Source of the DNA: an uncultured Thermodesulfatator sp.
Lineage (GTDB): Bacteria; Desulfobacterota; Dissulfuribacteria; Dissulfuribacterales; QOAL01
Length of the DNA stretch: 64,000 nucleotides
Direction: 5' to 3'
Assembly (NCBI GenBank): GCA_964581255.1
Contig: CAZOMT010000010.1
Coordinates: forward strand, 176,156-240,155
How positions within the stretch are numbered: position 1 is the stretch's first letter; every line of letters begins with the position of its first letter. The position numbers and the translations under genes are program-made. The notes beneath the pieces are model-generated. The model made no database searches. It saw only the letters and a program-made list of their open reading frames with translations, and had not been told where the DNA came from. Positions 47,801 through 56,503 of the stretch are shown here, piece after piece.

Positions 47801-48644
47801 TGAGGCGTTTCCTGCCTTGGTCCCAGAAGACCATGGGCAAGGTGAGGAAGTATGGCTCAGACTTTATGCAAACAGGCAAACGGCCCTTAAACAGACCAGA
47901 AATGGGCTCATCTGTCTGTTAAAAAGAGAATTCAAACAGGAACTCGCCTTTCTTTCCAAGAAAATCAGGAAGACCCTCGGAATTAACCCGCTGAAAAAGG
48001 GGCAGAGGCTGCCCCAAAGGTCGCTTCCCTTATTTCTGGATACTGAGCAGTTGGTGGAGAATGCACTCAACTTTATATGTCAAGAAATCCTTTCACCTTG
48101 GGAAAACATCCCATCTACCAACGATTTCTTTGTTAAATCAAGGCGAATACGACAGACATTCATCGCAGATTCTCAGGCGCTCATTGATCAAATACTAAAG
48201 GTGGTATCAAGCTATCTCGCATATGCCCAACGAAGAAACAGGATTATGACCAAGGGGCTGCCAGGTGGATATGCCTCAAGTGCCATCCAAGACATAGATG
48301 GATTAGCCAAGCTTCTGATGACCGAGCAATTCCCAGCTGACAGAAGCCTGGCATTCATCAACCAGATGGATAGATTCGTAAGGGCCCTTGATTTGAGGCT
48401 GCAACGCGCCATCGAAAACCCATGGCGAGACATGGAGAAACAAAAAAGATTCCGTCAGCTCGCCCCCTTGTTGGAGAAGTTGAAGGACGCCCATTGCCAG
48501 ACTGATGATGAAATGGTCAAGAAGCACATGGAGCTTGAACTTTGCCTATGGGAGTTCATGGTTTCCATATTTGCCCCAGAACTGTCGGTAAGGGGCAGAA
48601 TCTCGATAAAAAAACTCAATACCCTCCTTAATAGTTACAAATAA
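44811..48644 (+). CDS. hrpA: ATP-dependent RNA helicase HrpA (DEAH box)
   Basis: GETGSGKSTQLP, DEAHERS, TNIAETSITV and QRAGRAGR motifs. Size 1277 aa with a long C-terminal region. Confidence 0.9.
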   Translation: MSFTRVKCQPGLPICRFWDRLVSHIKKSQVVIVTGETGSGKSTQLPKICLAAGRGKTKQIVCTQPRRIAAISVSKRVSEELQDSFSNRAIVGYKIRFQDNTSENTKVKFVTDGLLLSEMQADRNLSAYDTVILDEAHERSLNIDLLAGMIKRLLRRRRDLKVIITSATMEVEKFKEFFNNPPVIKVEGRAYPVKIFYTDPLEDTDEGTPDIQALVKTSVERIRQIDPLGHILVFLPTERDILEAKKILSAKAGKECLILPLFARLSARDQARIFAPSNNQKIVLATNIAETSITVPGIKYIVDSGLARISRYNVNTHTKALPVSKISKASADQRAGRAGRVEEGVCIRLYSKEDYVSRPDFTLPEILRCNLAEVILRIVYLGQGPVDRFPFVDPPPRSAVREGIHTLKELGALDARERLTGLGRKMARFPLDPRLSRMLIQAIREGCLRQILIIVSAISIQDPRQRPADKEAEASMAHKVFEDQQSDFITWLNLWDRWLGLKSRGASNSVLRRFCKQHFLSFPRMREWEDIFDQLLSTVYEMKLSNQKVVKVHSESSSKGLEQATRDAIHRCVLAGFLGNIASLKGKNQYAGAKGKKLYIFPGSCLFKKQPQWIVSAEQVVTSRLFARTVAPVEPQWIEEIGGHLCKYSYLEPRWSESRGEAVCTEKVTLYGLTVVPGRPRSLKGVDPQLAQEFLINEGLSKCRLKNRFKFNEQNRMLLQKIKDMEERLRTSMPLVESEVIEGFFQRAISALEKDTGHRILDEADLKRVLRKFPGSQDKLMLDEKTLLKELLGKSTTLLYPGHLQIRDHKLPLTYRFCPGLEEDGITIGIPLLLLGQIHTDDLEWLVPGFLEEKVEFILRHLPKQLRSRIFDYRRLASRVCRMLLEERSCHFQQSLANALEKELGTKVNQKDLDLVPELPVHLRMRIELIDKRDNVLEVSRDLDALKKKYLHRAKAQLISHPLWKGTCKKWERRIDAKDLDTLPSFLDIGMINGAMVEAFPALVPEDHGQGEEVWLRLYANRQTALKQTRNGLICLLKREFKQELAFLSKKIRKTLGINPLKKGQRLPQRSLPLFLDTEQLVENALNFICQEILSPWENIPSTNDFFVKSRRIRQTFIADSQALIDQILKVVSSYLAYAQRRNRIMTKGLPGGYASSAIQDIDGLAKLLMTEQFPADRSLAFINQMDRFVRALDLRLQRAIENPWRDMEKQKRFRQLAPLLEKLKDAHCQTDDEMVKKHMELELCLWEFMVSIFAPELSVRGRISIKKLNTLLNSYK

Positions 48645-48734
48645 ACCCTTATCAATAATCCATAATCTTCCGATTAGGAGAAAAGAAAACGCGTATGATC
48701 TGATAAAAAATCAAAGGGGGATCCTTATACTTTT

Positions 48735-49499
48735 ATGGATATCGGAACTGTAATCGGCCTTGTCGCCGGAATGGTTCTCATTGTCAGTGCTATTCTCCTG
48801 GGCGGTTCGCTTACGGCCTTCATAGACGTCCCCTCGATATTGATCGTGGTTGGAGGGGCAACTGCAGCCACCTTCATCCGTTTCACCCTTCCAGATATCC
48901 TCAATAGCATGAGTGTTGCAATGAAGGCCTTCTTCGCAAAGGCCCGTCCTCCAGAAGAGATCATCCAGGAACTAGTTACCCTTTCCAATATCGCAAGGAA
49001 AGAAGGGCTTCTTAAGCTGGAAAAACAACCCATAGACGACCCTTTTCTCAAAAAGGCTATCATGTACTGCGTGGATGGGCATGAGGCCGAATTCATTCAA
49101 GACGTTCTGGAAAAGGAGATAGACCTTACCCTCGAAAGGCACGGCCTTGGAAAAGGCATATTCGACGCAATAGGCGATGCAGCACCTGCCTTTGGAATGA
49201 TCGGAACGTTGGTGGGGCTTGTCAACATGCTTGGAAACATGTCTGATCCCTCGAGTATTGGCCCTGCCATGGCCGTTGCTCTCCTCACCACACTCTATGG
49301 GGCCATCATGGCAAACCTCATTGCCTTGCCCATTGCAGATAAGCTCAAGAGAAGGAGTCAGGAAGAGGAGCTTAACAAAAGACTCGTACTTGAAGGGGTT
49401 CTGGGCCTTCAGAAAGGGCTGAACCCAAGGGTCCTGGAGGAACTTCTCAAGACCTTTTTGCCACCTAAGGCCCGGGGTTCCAGCGAGGAGGCAGGCTAA
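48735..49499 (+). CDS. motA: Flagellar stator protein MotA/PomA family
   Basis: Four-TM MotA/TolQ/ExbB-type channel protein (FGMIGTLVGLV...ALLTTLYG), immediately followed by motB. Confidence 0.85.
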   Translation: MDIGTVIGLVAGMVLIVSAILLGGSLTAFIDVPSILIVVGGATAATFIRFTLPDILNSMSVAMKAFFAKARPPEEIIQELVTLSNIARKEGLLKLEKQPIDDPFLKKAIMYCVDGHEAEFIQDVLEKEIDLTLERHGLGKGIFDAIGDAAPAFGMIGTLVGLVNMLGNMSDPSSIGPAMAVALLTTLYGAIMANLIALPIADKLKRRSQEEELNKRLVLEGVLGLQKGLNPRVLEELLKTFLPPKARGSSEEAG

Positions 49500-49501
49500 A
49501 A

Positions 49502-50260
49502 ATGGGAAAGAAGTGTGAATGCCCCAAGGGCGCTCCCATGTGGATGGTCACCTTTGGTGACCTGATGTCCTTGCTTCTGTGCTTTTTCGTCCTTTTGCTG
49601 TCATTTTCAACTACTGATCCAGCCATGTACAAGGAGGTTTCTGGCTCCCTAGAGAAGGCGTTCGGGGTCCAAAAACAGGAAATCACCCTGGATATTCCCA
49701 AGGGCATAGACATCGTATCAAGGGACTTCAATCCGGTCTTTTCCGTAGATGTGATACTTGAGAAGATCAAATCTGCCATCAAGCTTGAGCTCATCAAGGG
49801 AGAGGTCCAGGTCGAGGCCTTGAACGACAGGGTTGTGCTTCGTATGAACGATGAGATCACCTTTGACCCAGGAAGCGATCAGTTAAAAGAGGAATCAAAG
49901 CCCATACTGGATAAAATAAGGAGCATCATAGAGACTGTTCCAGGTGACATTGTGGTATCAGGCCATACGGATGATTCTCCTGTTTCTGGTACATTCGAGT
50001 CCAACTGGCATCTTTCAGCTGCAAGGGCAGCATCTGTGGTTGTCTATCTGTTGAGAAGACACTCAATAGATCCGAGCAGAATGGCCGCAGTGGGATATGG
50101 AGCCAGCCAGCCCTTGGTGCTAAACGATACTCCAGAACACAGGGCGAGAAACAGAAGGGTTGAGATCATTTTCCTGCAACCAAGAAATCCTGACAATTTT
50201 GAGGTTCGCCCCCTCGATGAGAAAGGGATTCTCGAGCAGGAGCCTCTCCCTCTGGATTAA
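49502..50260 (+). CDS. motB: Flagellar stator protein MotB (OmpA-like C-terminal domain)
   Basis: N-terminal WMVTFGDLMSLLLCFFVLL with the conserved Asp. OmpA-like region is SGHTDDSP...NWHLSAARAASV...NRRVEI. Confidence 0.85.
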   Translation: MGKKCECPKGAPMWMVTFGDLMSLLLCFFVLLLSFSTTDPAMYKEVSGSLEKAFGVQKQEITLDIPKGIDIVSRDFNPVFSVDVILEKIKSAIKLELIKGEVQVEALNDRVVLRMNDEITFDPGSDQLKEESKPILDKIRSIIETVPGDIVVSGHTDDSPVSGTFESNWHLSAARAASVVVYLLRRHSIDPSRMAAVGYGASQPLVLNDTPEHRARNRRVEIIFLQPRNPDNFEVRPLDEKGILEQEPLPLD

Positions 50261-50272
50261 AGATTTTACGAT

Positions 50273-50872
50273 ATGGACAAGTGCAAAGACAACGCAAAGG
50301 AAAAAAGAGAGTGCATCAGGATCAAAGATAGGGTCCTTTTGAGCTTCAAGGAGATCTCAAAGGAGACCTACAAGGAAAAGGTCGCCGAATACATGGATGG
50401 TCTTCGGGACCCTTGGATAGAGTCTTGTCATCCATCGGTGAGAAAGGGAATAAAAAAACATCTCAAGCGGCTCAAAGAAAAGGACCCAGATCTTGCTGGC
50501 ATACTGGAGATCCTGGATGAAAAATTGAATCTACTCCTTAGCCTTGCCAGCTCGCAGGACGATTCTGGCCAAAAGGAAAGATTATACAAGGTAGACCTGA
50601 GCGCAAAGGGAATAGGTTTTTTCTCAAAGGCGTCCTTGTCGCCGGGCACTTTGCTAGACCTTAGGATAGGTTTATTGCCAGAGCACTACTTCTTTAACTG
50701 TTTCGGCAAGGTAATAAGGATAGATAAGAAAAAGGGGCAAAATTTCATAGCTGTGAAATTTCTTTGGATTACTGAGGACGATCAGGAAAAGCTTATAGAG
50801 CACATCTTCAGCCGCCAAGTGCTCCAACTCAGGATGAGAAGAAAGAAAAAGGAACAGGCCAAGGGTAAATAG
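50273..50872 (+). CDS. PilZ-domain protein
   Basis: RECIRIKDR (RxxxR-like) and DLSAKGIGF (D/NxSxxG) motifs. Confidence 0.7.
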   Translation: MDKCKDNAKEKRECIRIKDRVLLSFKEISKETYKEKVAEYMDGLRDPWIESCHPSVRKGIKKHLKRLKEKDPDLAGILEILDEKLNLLLSLASSQDDSGQKERLYKVDLSAKGIGFFSKASLSPGTLLDLRIGLLPEHYFFNCFGKVIRIDKKKGQNFIAVKFLWITEDDQEKLIEHIFSRQVLQLRMRRKKKEQAKGK

Positions 50873-50880
50873 CGTACCTA

Positions 50881-51053
50881 TTCCTTCAAACCATGTAGCC
50901 CTGCATGCCGTATCCATCAAGGGACAATACCAATAACGATGTGGAATGGCAGAGACCTTCTGCTATTACATATTGGATTGGTGTGTAATAACTGGTCTCC
51001 ATTCGTGTCTATTTTCAGGGGCAAATCCAAATTCTAACTCAGGTGGTCTTTTG
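50881..51053 (+). repeat. Copy 1 of a three-block conserved intergenic element (partner at 63165-63292)
   Basis: Block identities to copy 2 are 23/26 (TTCCTTCAAACC...TGCAT), about 27/32 (ACGATGTGGA..TGGCAGAGACCT.CTG..ATT) and 15/17 (ACTCAGGT..TCTTTTG). Extra internal hairpin TTGGATT...AATCCAA. Confidence 0.5.
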
Positions 51054-51075
51054 CCAAAAGCACTTGCTGGTTCAA

Positions 51076-52890
51076 CTAGTCCTTGTTGATGAAATAGGGA
51101 CCATTTTGAGGATCATATCTCATGATTACATGAAAATTTTCCGCTGATGCATTCTTGAGAATGAACTTCTTCTCCCTGCCATCACACCTTATGATAACCT
51201 GGCCTGCAGATGCCATTCTGCCCTTTATGTCCACCATCAACCCATTTATGGCAGCTTCTATCTGCTCCTTTTGATTCAAGAGGGATTCCTTTTTTTCCGT
51301 GATGTCAGAATATTTTTCCTGAATTTCCACCATGAGCTTCAGGTGTTTGATTATTCCTCTAAAATCAGCTCCATAAGAATCCTCGAATTTTTTAACCCTG
51401 TCTTTAATCTTGCCAATGGGTATCTTGCCCAGAAGTATCATGGTGGCAAACTGTTTGATGACAGGAATGAATTTCTTTTGCTCGTCTGACAAGATGGAAC
51501 AGGCAAGCTTCAGCTTCTGGCCCATGACTGCCCCCCTGTCTCTTAAGTTTGCAGCAGTGCGTGACGCCTCTTCTTCTAATTCAACGTACTGTTTTTCCAG
51601 TTGGGCGCGAGTCTTGAAGAGCCTCTTTCCGATCTCTATCTCAAATATATTTCTCACATTTACTGGCCCGCCCTTTACCACATCTGCTTCAGCGATGGTC
51701 CTGCCAATCATTACCTCTGGATTTCCGTGGGGCTCAAAGAAGATAAATGGCGCCTTGATCTGGCATTCGGCAAGCTCCCTTTTTATCTTGGCTGTCTGGT
51801 TGGCGATAAGGGTGGCATTTCGTGCAGATCCTATTTCCATATCGCTGCCAGATCGCAGGAAATTTCTAACAAAGGAGGCCACCACCGGGCCTGTTGCATC
51901 GACCGTAGCCCCCTCTACAGCGCCTTTAACGTTTAATGCCCCGTCTATAACCACTGAAAAATGGCCCCTTATGTCCCCTTCCACCACTACATTTGCCTTG
52001 CACCTCAGCTCTCCTGACTGCCCCTTGAGGCTTCCGGTGGTGAAATCTATATCTTTTACCACTATCTCATTCTTTATTGATATGGCGCGGATATTGGAAG
52101 GATCCGGCGGACCTTCAAATTCGCAAACTATTATTCCAGGCTTTTTGCAGAAAAAATCTTGATAGTGCTCCTTTCTTACTTCATCGTAGCCATTTTCAAC
52201 CTCAAAGCCTTCGCCAGGCTTTATAGGAAATGGTGAGCCAGCCTTAGGAGCTATTGGGAGGCCATAGGCGTCGGTTCCTTCTGTCCCAGGAGTTGGCTGG
52301 TAGATGCGGAAAACATGTTCCCCTTCACATGCCTGAGGGAAACGGTTGATCTCGGTGAAATCTATACTTCCATCTGGAAGGTATTTGCCTGGCTGGATAT
52401 GAAAATCGAAATACACCTCTATGGAGCCGTCATTGCCATCAACTGGCTCGGTTCCCCTGATGGTCAGTGTGGATATCTCTGGAAAGGTATTGATCTCAAC
52501 GTGTCGCGGCTGGAGATGTTTTTCCCTGGCTGGCGAGATGAACTCGAAATTGTCCATACCTCGCTGAAGGATGCTTTCTTTGACCTCATCTGGGAATTTA
52601 TTTATGCCAAAATCCCTGAGTACCATATTAATGGCAGACAGGAAGTTTTCAGGGCTGACCCTGTTCACTGGAGGCAGATCCATGGTTACGGCGAGGATAT
52701 CGGAGCCATGCTTAAGTGCCTCCCTGGATTCCAGGATCCACTTGGCTATGTTCTCAGGTGGGGTGTCCTGGGAGAATGTTTCTTCAAACTCCTCTTCGTC
52801 CTGGAAGTCCCCGTTGTCTTCAGCATCGATACTGGTGTATGAATCCAGGTCATCGACTGATATCATATCTTCCAGCTTTTCCTGAGCCAT
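51076..52890 (-). CDS. DUF342/FapA-family protein
   Basis: 604 aa. Acidic N-terminus, a beta-helix-like repetitive core (VVVEGDIRGHFSVVIDGALNVKGAVEGATVDATGPV) and a C-terminal coiled coil. Confidence 0.65.
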   Translation of the reverse strand: MAQEKLEDMISVDDLDSYTSIDAEDNGDFQDEEEFEETFSQDTPPENIAKWILESREALKHGSDILAVTMDLPPVNRVSPENFLSAINMVLRDFGINKFPDEVKESILQRGMDNFEFISPAREKHLQPRHVEINTFPEISTLTIRGTEPVDGNDGSIEVYFDFHIQPGKYLPDGSIDFTEINRFPQACEGEHVFRIYQPTPGTEGTDAYGLPIAPKAGSPFPIKPGEGFEVENGYDEVRKEHYQDFFCKKPGIIVCEFEGPPDPSNIRAISIKNEIVVKDIDFTTGSLKGQSGELRCKANVVVEGDIRGHFSVVIDGALNVKGAVEGATVDATGPVVASFVRNFLRSGSDMEIGSARNATLIANQTAKIKRELAECQIKAPFIFFEPHGNPEVMIGRTIAEADVVKGGPVNVRNIFEIEIGKRLFKTRAQLEKQYVELEEEASRTAANLRDRGAVMGQKLKLACSILSDEQKKFIPVIKQFATMILLGKIPIGKIKDRVKKFEDSYGADFRGIIKHLKLMVEIQEKYSDITEKKESLLNQKEQIEAAINGLMVDIKGRMASAGQVIIRCDGREKKFILKNASAENFHVIMRYDPQNGPYFINKD

Positions 52891-52905
52891 TCATCAACTC
52901 TCCAC

Positions 52906-54582
52906 TCATCTGCAGGCTCCACACCTCTTGCACTTGCCAAGGTCACAGAAAGAGGTCTCCATACACCTTTGGGCCTTGATCCATTGTGAATATAGAAAAT
53001 CCCTTTTCACCCTGTGTGTAAGGATTTCCCATGGAAAGAGCTCGTCCTTGGCCCTTTCCCTAAGATATTTTTCGGCCATTGGTGAAATTTTCTTGACCAT
53101 CTTTCTGGTGCCAACGCCTTGAAGCCTCAAGAAGAGAAGATCCCTGCAAAGGTTCCTGTCTCCTCTGCTCAAGACAGCCTGCAAAAGGGCCTTGTCTGGA
53201 GAATCGAGCCTCAGCTTGCAATTGGAAAGCCCTCTCAAGCCCTTTTCGATGATCAAACGCCTTCTCAGGAGTAATTTCATGTCTATGAAACCTGCCCACT
53301 GAAAAGGGGTCCACGCCTTTGGCACAAAGGTTGAGACTGACACCGTGAGGGAGCCAAGGCTCCTGGTTTTCCTGCCGGCACTTTTCATAAGGGAAAGTAT
53401 CCTTTTAGAAAGCCTTACCAGTTCCTCCACGTCTTCATCCTCTTCAAACGGGAGCCCCAACATGAAATAGAGCTTCAAGTTCCTGATGCCTGCCTGGAGC
53501 AAGAGTTCGCAACAACCCAGCAGCTGATCTTGGGAAAGGTTCTTGTTGATGATTTTCCGTAGCCGTTCAGAGCCAGCCTCAGCAGCAATGGTTGCAGTCT
53601 TGGAGCCAGACGTCGCAACAAGCTTTGCAAAATCCGGTGTTATCGCATCTGCCCTTAGGGACGAAAAACCCAGTCTGTAACCACTTTCGAGAAGGGTTTG
53701 TGACAGCTGGTATATCCCTTGATCGTCCACGAATTCAAGTCCAACAAGCCCGATCTTCTTGGTACCTTTCACAAGGGAAAGGGTATTGCAAATGCTTTCC
53801 ATGGGCCAGGGTCTGGGCGGTCTGTATACGAATCCTGCTGCACAAAACCGGCATCCTCTGCCACAGCCCCTGGCGACCTCTATGAGAAAAGTACGGGCAA
53901 AGGCAGCGCTTTCAGAAAGCACGATCGTGTGTGGCAATATGGCAGGTGGTGTTTCTTCAATGGCTGGAAGAATGGTACGAGAACGTACAGGGGGATCATT
54001 TTGGCCTATTTCAGGGGTAAAAAGGGGTACATATACACCTTGGCAGCAGTCAAGTAGGCCCTTTAAAAGTCCCCTTCTGTCATTTTCCATTAGGAGTAGG
54101 TGATTATTAAGAAATCTGGCAAAATCTTGGTATATAGCCTCAAAATCTCCAAGAATAAAGGCGTCTATGAGGGGAGCAATTGGTTCTGGATTTATCTGAC
54201 AGGCTATGCCTCCTGCCAGGACAAGGGGGCAACTGCCATTTCTTTTTGAACTGAGCAGTGGGATCCCTGCCATTTGCAAGATGAGAGGGATATTAAAGTA
54301 ACTGAATTCAAAACTTACAGAAAAGATTATAAGATCAAATTCATCAAGGGACCTTTCAGACTCCACTGATCTCAGGGAGCCCCGATTTGTATCAGGCAGG
54401 AAAAAACGCTCGGCGACAATCTCGTCGAAATTGTTTAAGAGTTCGTAAACCCTCTGAAAGCCAAGATTCGACATTCCGAGGGCATAGGTGTCTGGAAAAA
54501 CCAGTGCCACTGTTATGCGGTTGTGCCAGCGCTTCTTGATGGCGCCAGACTCCTGGAATTTCCAGCCTCGGCTCTTTTTCAA
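52906..54582 (-). CDS. Radical SAM protein with N-terminal B12-binding-like domain (TIGR03960-like by eye)
   Basis: CX3CX2C cluster motif in EVARGCGRGCRFCAAGFVY. The N-terminal VALVFPDTYALGMSNLGFQRVYELLN resembles that family. Confidence 0.7.
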   Translation of the reverse strand: MKKSRGWKFQESGAIKKRWHNRITVALVFPDTYALGMSNLGFQRVYELLNNFDEIVAERFFLPDTNRGSLRSVESERSLDEFDLIIFSVSFEFSYFNIPLILQMAGIPLLSSKRNGSCPLVLAGGIACQINPEPIAPLIDAFILGDFEAIYQDFARFLNNHLLLMENDRRGLLKGLLDCCQGVYVPLFTPEIGQNDPPVRSRTILPAIEETPPAILPHTIVLSESAAFARTFLIEVARGCGRGCRFCAAGFVYRPPRPWPMESICNTLSLVKGTKKIGLVGLEFVDDQGIYQLSQTLLESGYRLGFSSLRADAITPDFAKLVATSGSKTATIAAEAGSERLRKIINKNLSQDQLLGCCELLLQAGIRNLKLYFMLGLPFEEDEDVEELVRLSKRILSLMKSAGRKTRSLGSLTVSVSTFVPKAWTPFQWAGFIDMKLLLRRRLIIEKGLRGLSNCKLRLDSPDKALLQAVLSRGDRNLCRDLLFLRLQGVGTRKMVKKISPMAEKYLRERAKDELFPWEILTHRVKRDFLYSQWIKAQRCMETSFCDLGKCKRCGACR

Positions 54583-54660
54583 TACCTTAATCGATTTTTA
54601 GATGGAACCAAAAGAAGGCTGAGGCCTGGCCTATGTCCATAAGGGCAGGCCTCTTCCATT

Positions 54661-56478
54661 CTATTCATTGTTTTCACCATCCATCTTTGCAAGGTCTTCA
54701 AAACGGATATCTATTCCAAGGACTCCCACTATCTCATCGTTTTCGTTTCTGATGGGACCAGAAACAGTTATACACAGTGCATTTGTGATCCTTGATGTGT
54801 AGAAGTCGGTTACGTGGATCTTGCCATCCTTGATGGGGGCAATAAACCAAGGCCTGCCAGAAAAATCACTGTCCAGTTGGAAGGATGCGTACTTGCTCCT
54901 GTCTTCGATGTGGGTGATATTGTGGGTGATCTTTTCTCCCTCGGCATTTACCACGTAAAGAAATTGGATGAAGGGATTTTCGTCAAGGACCTTCTTGAGC
55001 ATGGGCTCCATGCGCTCTGGATCCATGGAACGTATCTCTGGATTTTCCACAAGCTCTTCCACAAGGTGAAAGGCTAGGCTGTGCGCCCTCTTTTTCAGCC
55101 TGTCGAAGTCAGATGTGAAAAGCTCTGGCAGGTATTTTCTCGCAAGGGATTCCATCTCAGACTTTGACATAGATGTCACCCTGCCATCTTCATACTGCTT
55201 CATTATCTGCTTGTATATCTTTACTATTCCAGGATGTCTCTTGTCTATCTGGCCAGCCCCCTTGAGCCCCAGATGGGAGTTTATCCAATGTGCAATACCG
55301 GCTGTGCCTGACGTATCTGAGATGATGACAGAGACCGGCCTGTTGAGGATCTTTGCAGTATCAAAGATGTTGTATATCTCCTCATTCTTGAGAAGTCCGT
55401 CTGCATGCACGCCAGCGCTTGTGGCATTGAAATCTTCACCCACCAGGGGATAATTGGCCGGAATGTGAACCTTGAGTTCCTTCACAAAATACTCAGCCAT
55501 CTCGGTAATCACTCTGGTGTCAATGCCGTCTGTTTCCCCTCTGAGTGCTATTCTTTCGATTAGCAACGCCTCGAGGGGGGTGTTGCCTGTCCGTTCTCCA
55601 AAGCCGAGAAGGGTGCCATTTATGACTCCGCATCCATAAAGCCATGCTGTGGTGGCGTTTATCACTACCTTGTGAAAATCGTTGTGGCCATGCCACTCAA
55701 GAAGCTCACCAGGCACTCCTGCATCGTCTATCATGGCACGCACCACCTTGGGCACACTTCTTGGAAGAGCTGCTCCAGGGTATGTGATGCCATAGCCCAT
55801 GGTATCGCACATCCTTATCTTGACATCTATGCCCGTCTCTTCCCTGAGCTTCATGAGTTCTATTGCAAAGGGAACGCAAAAACCATATATATCCGCCCTT
55901 GTGATGTCCTCAAAATGGCACCTGGGCCTGATCCCAAGCTCAAGGGCTGCCCGCACAATGGAAAGATAACCATCCATTGCCTCTTTCCTGCTCTTTTTGA
56001 GCTTGAGGAAGATGTGGTAATCAGAGGCAGATGTGAGGATGCCTGTTTCTTCAAGCTCCATTTCCTTCACAAGCTGAAGATCATCCTTTTTGGCCCTGAT
56101 CCAGCCTGTTACCTCAGGGAATCGGTACCCCTTCTCCTTGCAGACCTCTACCGCCTTCTTGTCCTTGTCAGTATAGAGAAAGAATTCAGACTGCCGGATA
56201 ATCCCCCTGGGGCCGCTCATTTTATGGAGAAAATCAAAGATCTTGCTTATCTGCTCCACTGTATAAGGAGGTCTGGCCTGTTGGCCATCCCTGAAGGTGG
56301 TATCAGTAATAAGCATTTCCCTGCAGGGCTGGGGTACCAAGTACTTGTTGTCAAAGGCGATACGACAGACCTCCTCGTAAGGGAACAGGTCCCTCATGAG
56401 ATCCGGCTCCTCAACGTCTGCCAGTTTATATTCCTTTGTATAGGTGAGTAAGCCTTTGTCAGGGTTCCATTTGATCAT
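54661..56478 (-). CDS. HMGL-like (isopropylmalate/homocitrate/Re-citrate synthase family) enzyme fused to a C-terminal Cache/PAS-like domain
   Basis: LITDTTFRDGQQA and EWHGHNDFH catalytic motifs. The last ~150 aa contain RPWFIAPIKDGKIHVTDFYTSRITNALCITVSGPIRNENDEIVGVLGIDIRFEDL. ATG at 56478 (GGAGAAGGAA RBS) is preferred over the track's start. Confidence 0.75.
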   Translation of the reverse strand: MIKWNPDKGLLTYTKEYKLADVEEPDLMRDLFPYEEVCRIAFDNKYLVPQPCREMLITDTTFRDGQQARPPYTVEQISKIFDFLHKMSGPRGIIRQSEFFLYTDKDKKAVEVCKEKGYRFPEVTGWIRAKKDDLQLVKEMELEETGILTSASDYHIFLKLKKSRKEAMDGYLSIVRAALELGIRPRCHFEDITRADIYGFCVPFAIELMKLREETGIDVKIRMCDTMGYGITYPGAALPRSVPKVVRAMIDDAGVPGELLEWHGHNDFHKVVINATTAWLYGCGVINGTLLGFGERTGNTPLEALLIERIALRGETDGIDTRVITEMAEYFVKELKVHIPANYPLVGEDFNATSAGVHADGLLKNEEIYNIFDTAKILNRPVSVIISDTSGTAGIAHWINSHLGLKGAGQIDKRHPGIVKIYKQIMKQYEDGRVTSMSKSEMESLARKYLPELFTSDFDRLKKRAHSLAFHLVEELVENPEIRSMDPERMEPMLKKVLDENPFIQFLYVVNAEGEKITHNITHIEDRSKYASFQLDSDFSGRPWFIAPIKDGKIHVTDFYTSRITNALCITVSGPIRNENDEIVGVLGIDIRFEDLAKMDGENNE

Positions 56479-56503
56479 TTCCTTCTCCTGTTTTGTTCTT
56501 GTG

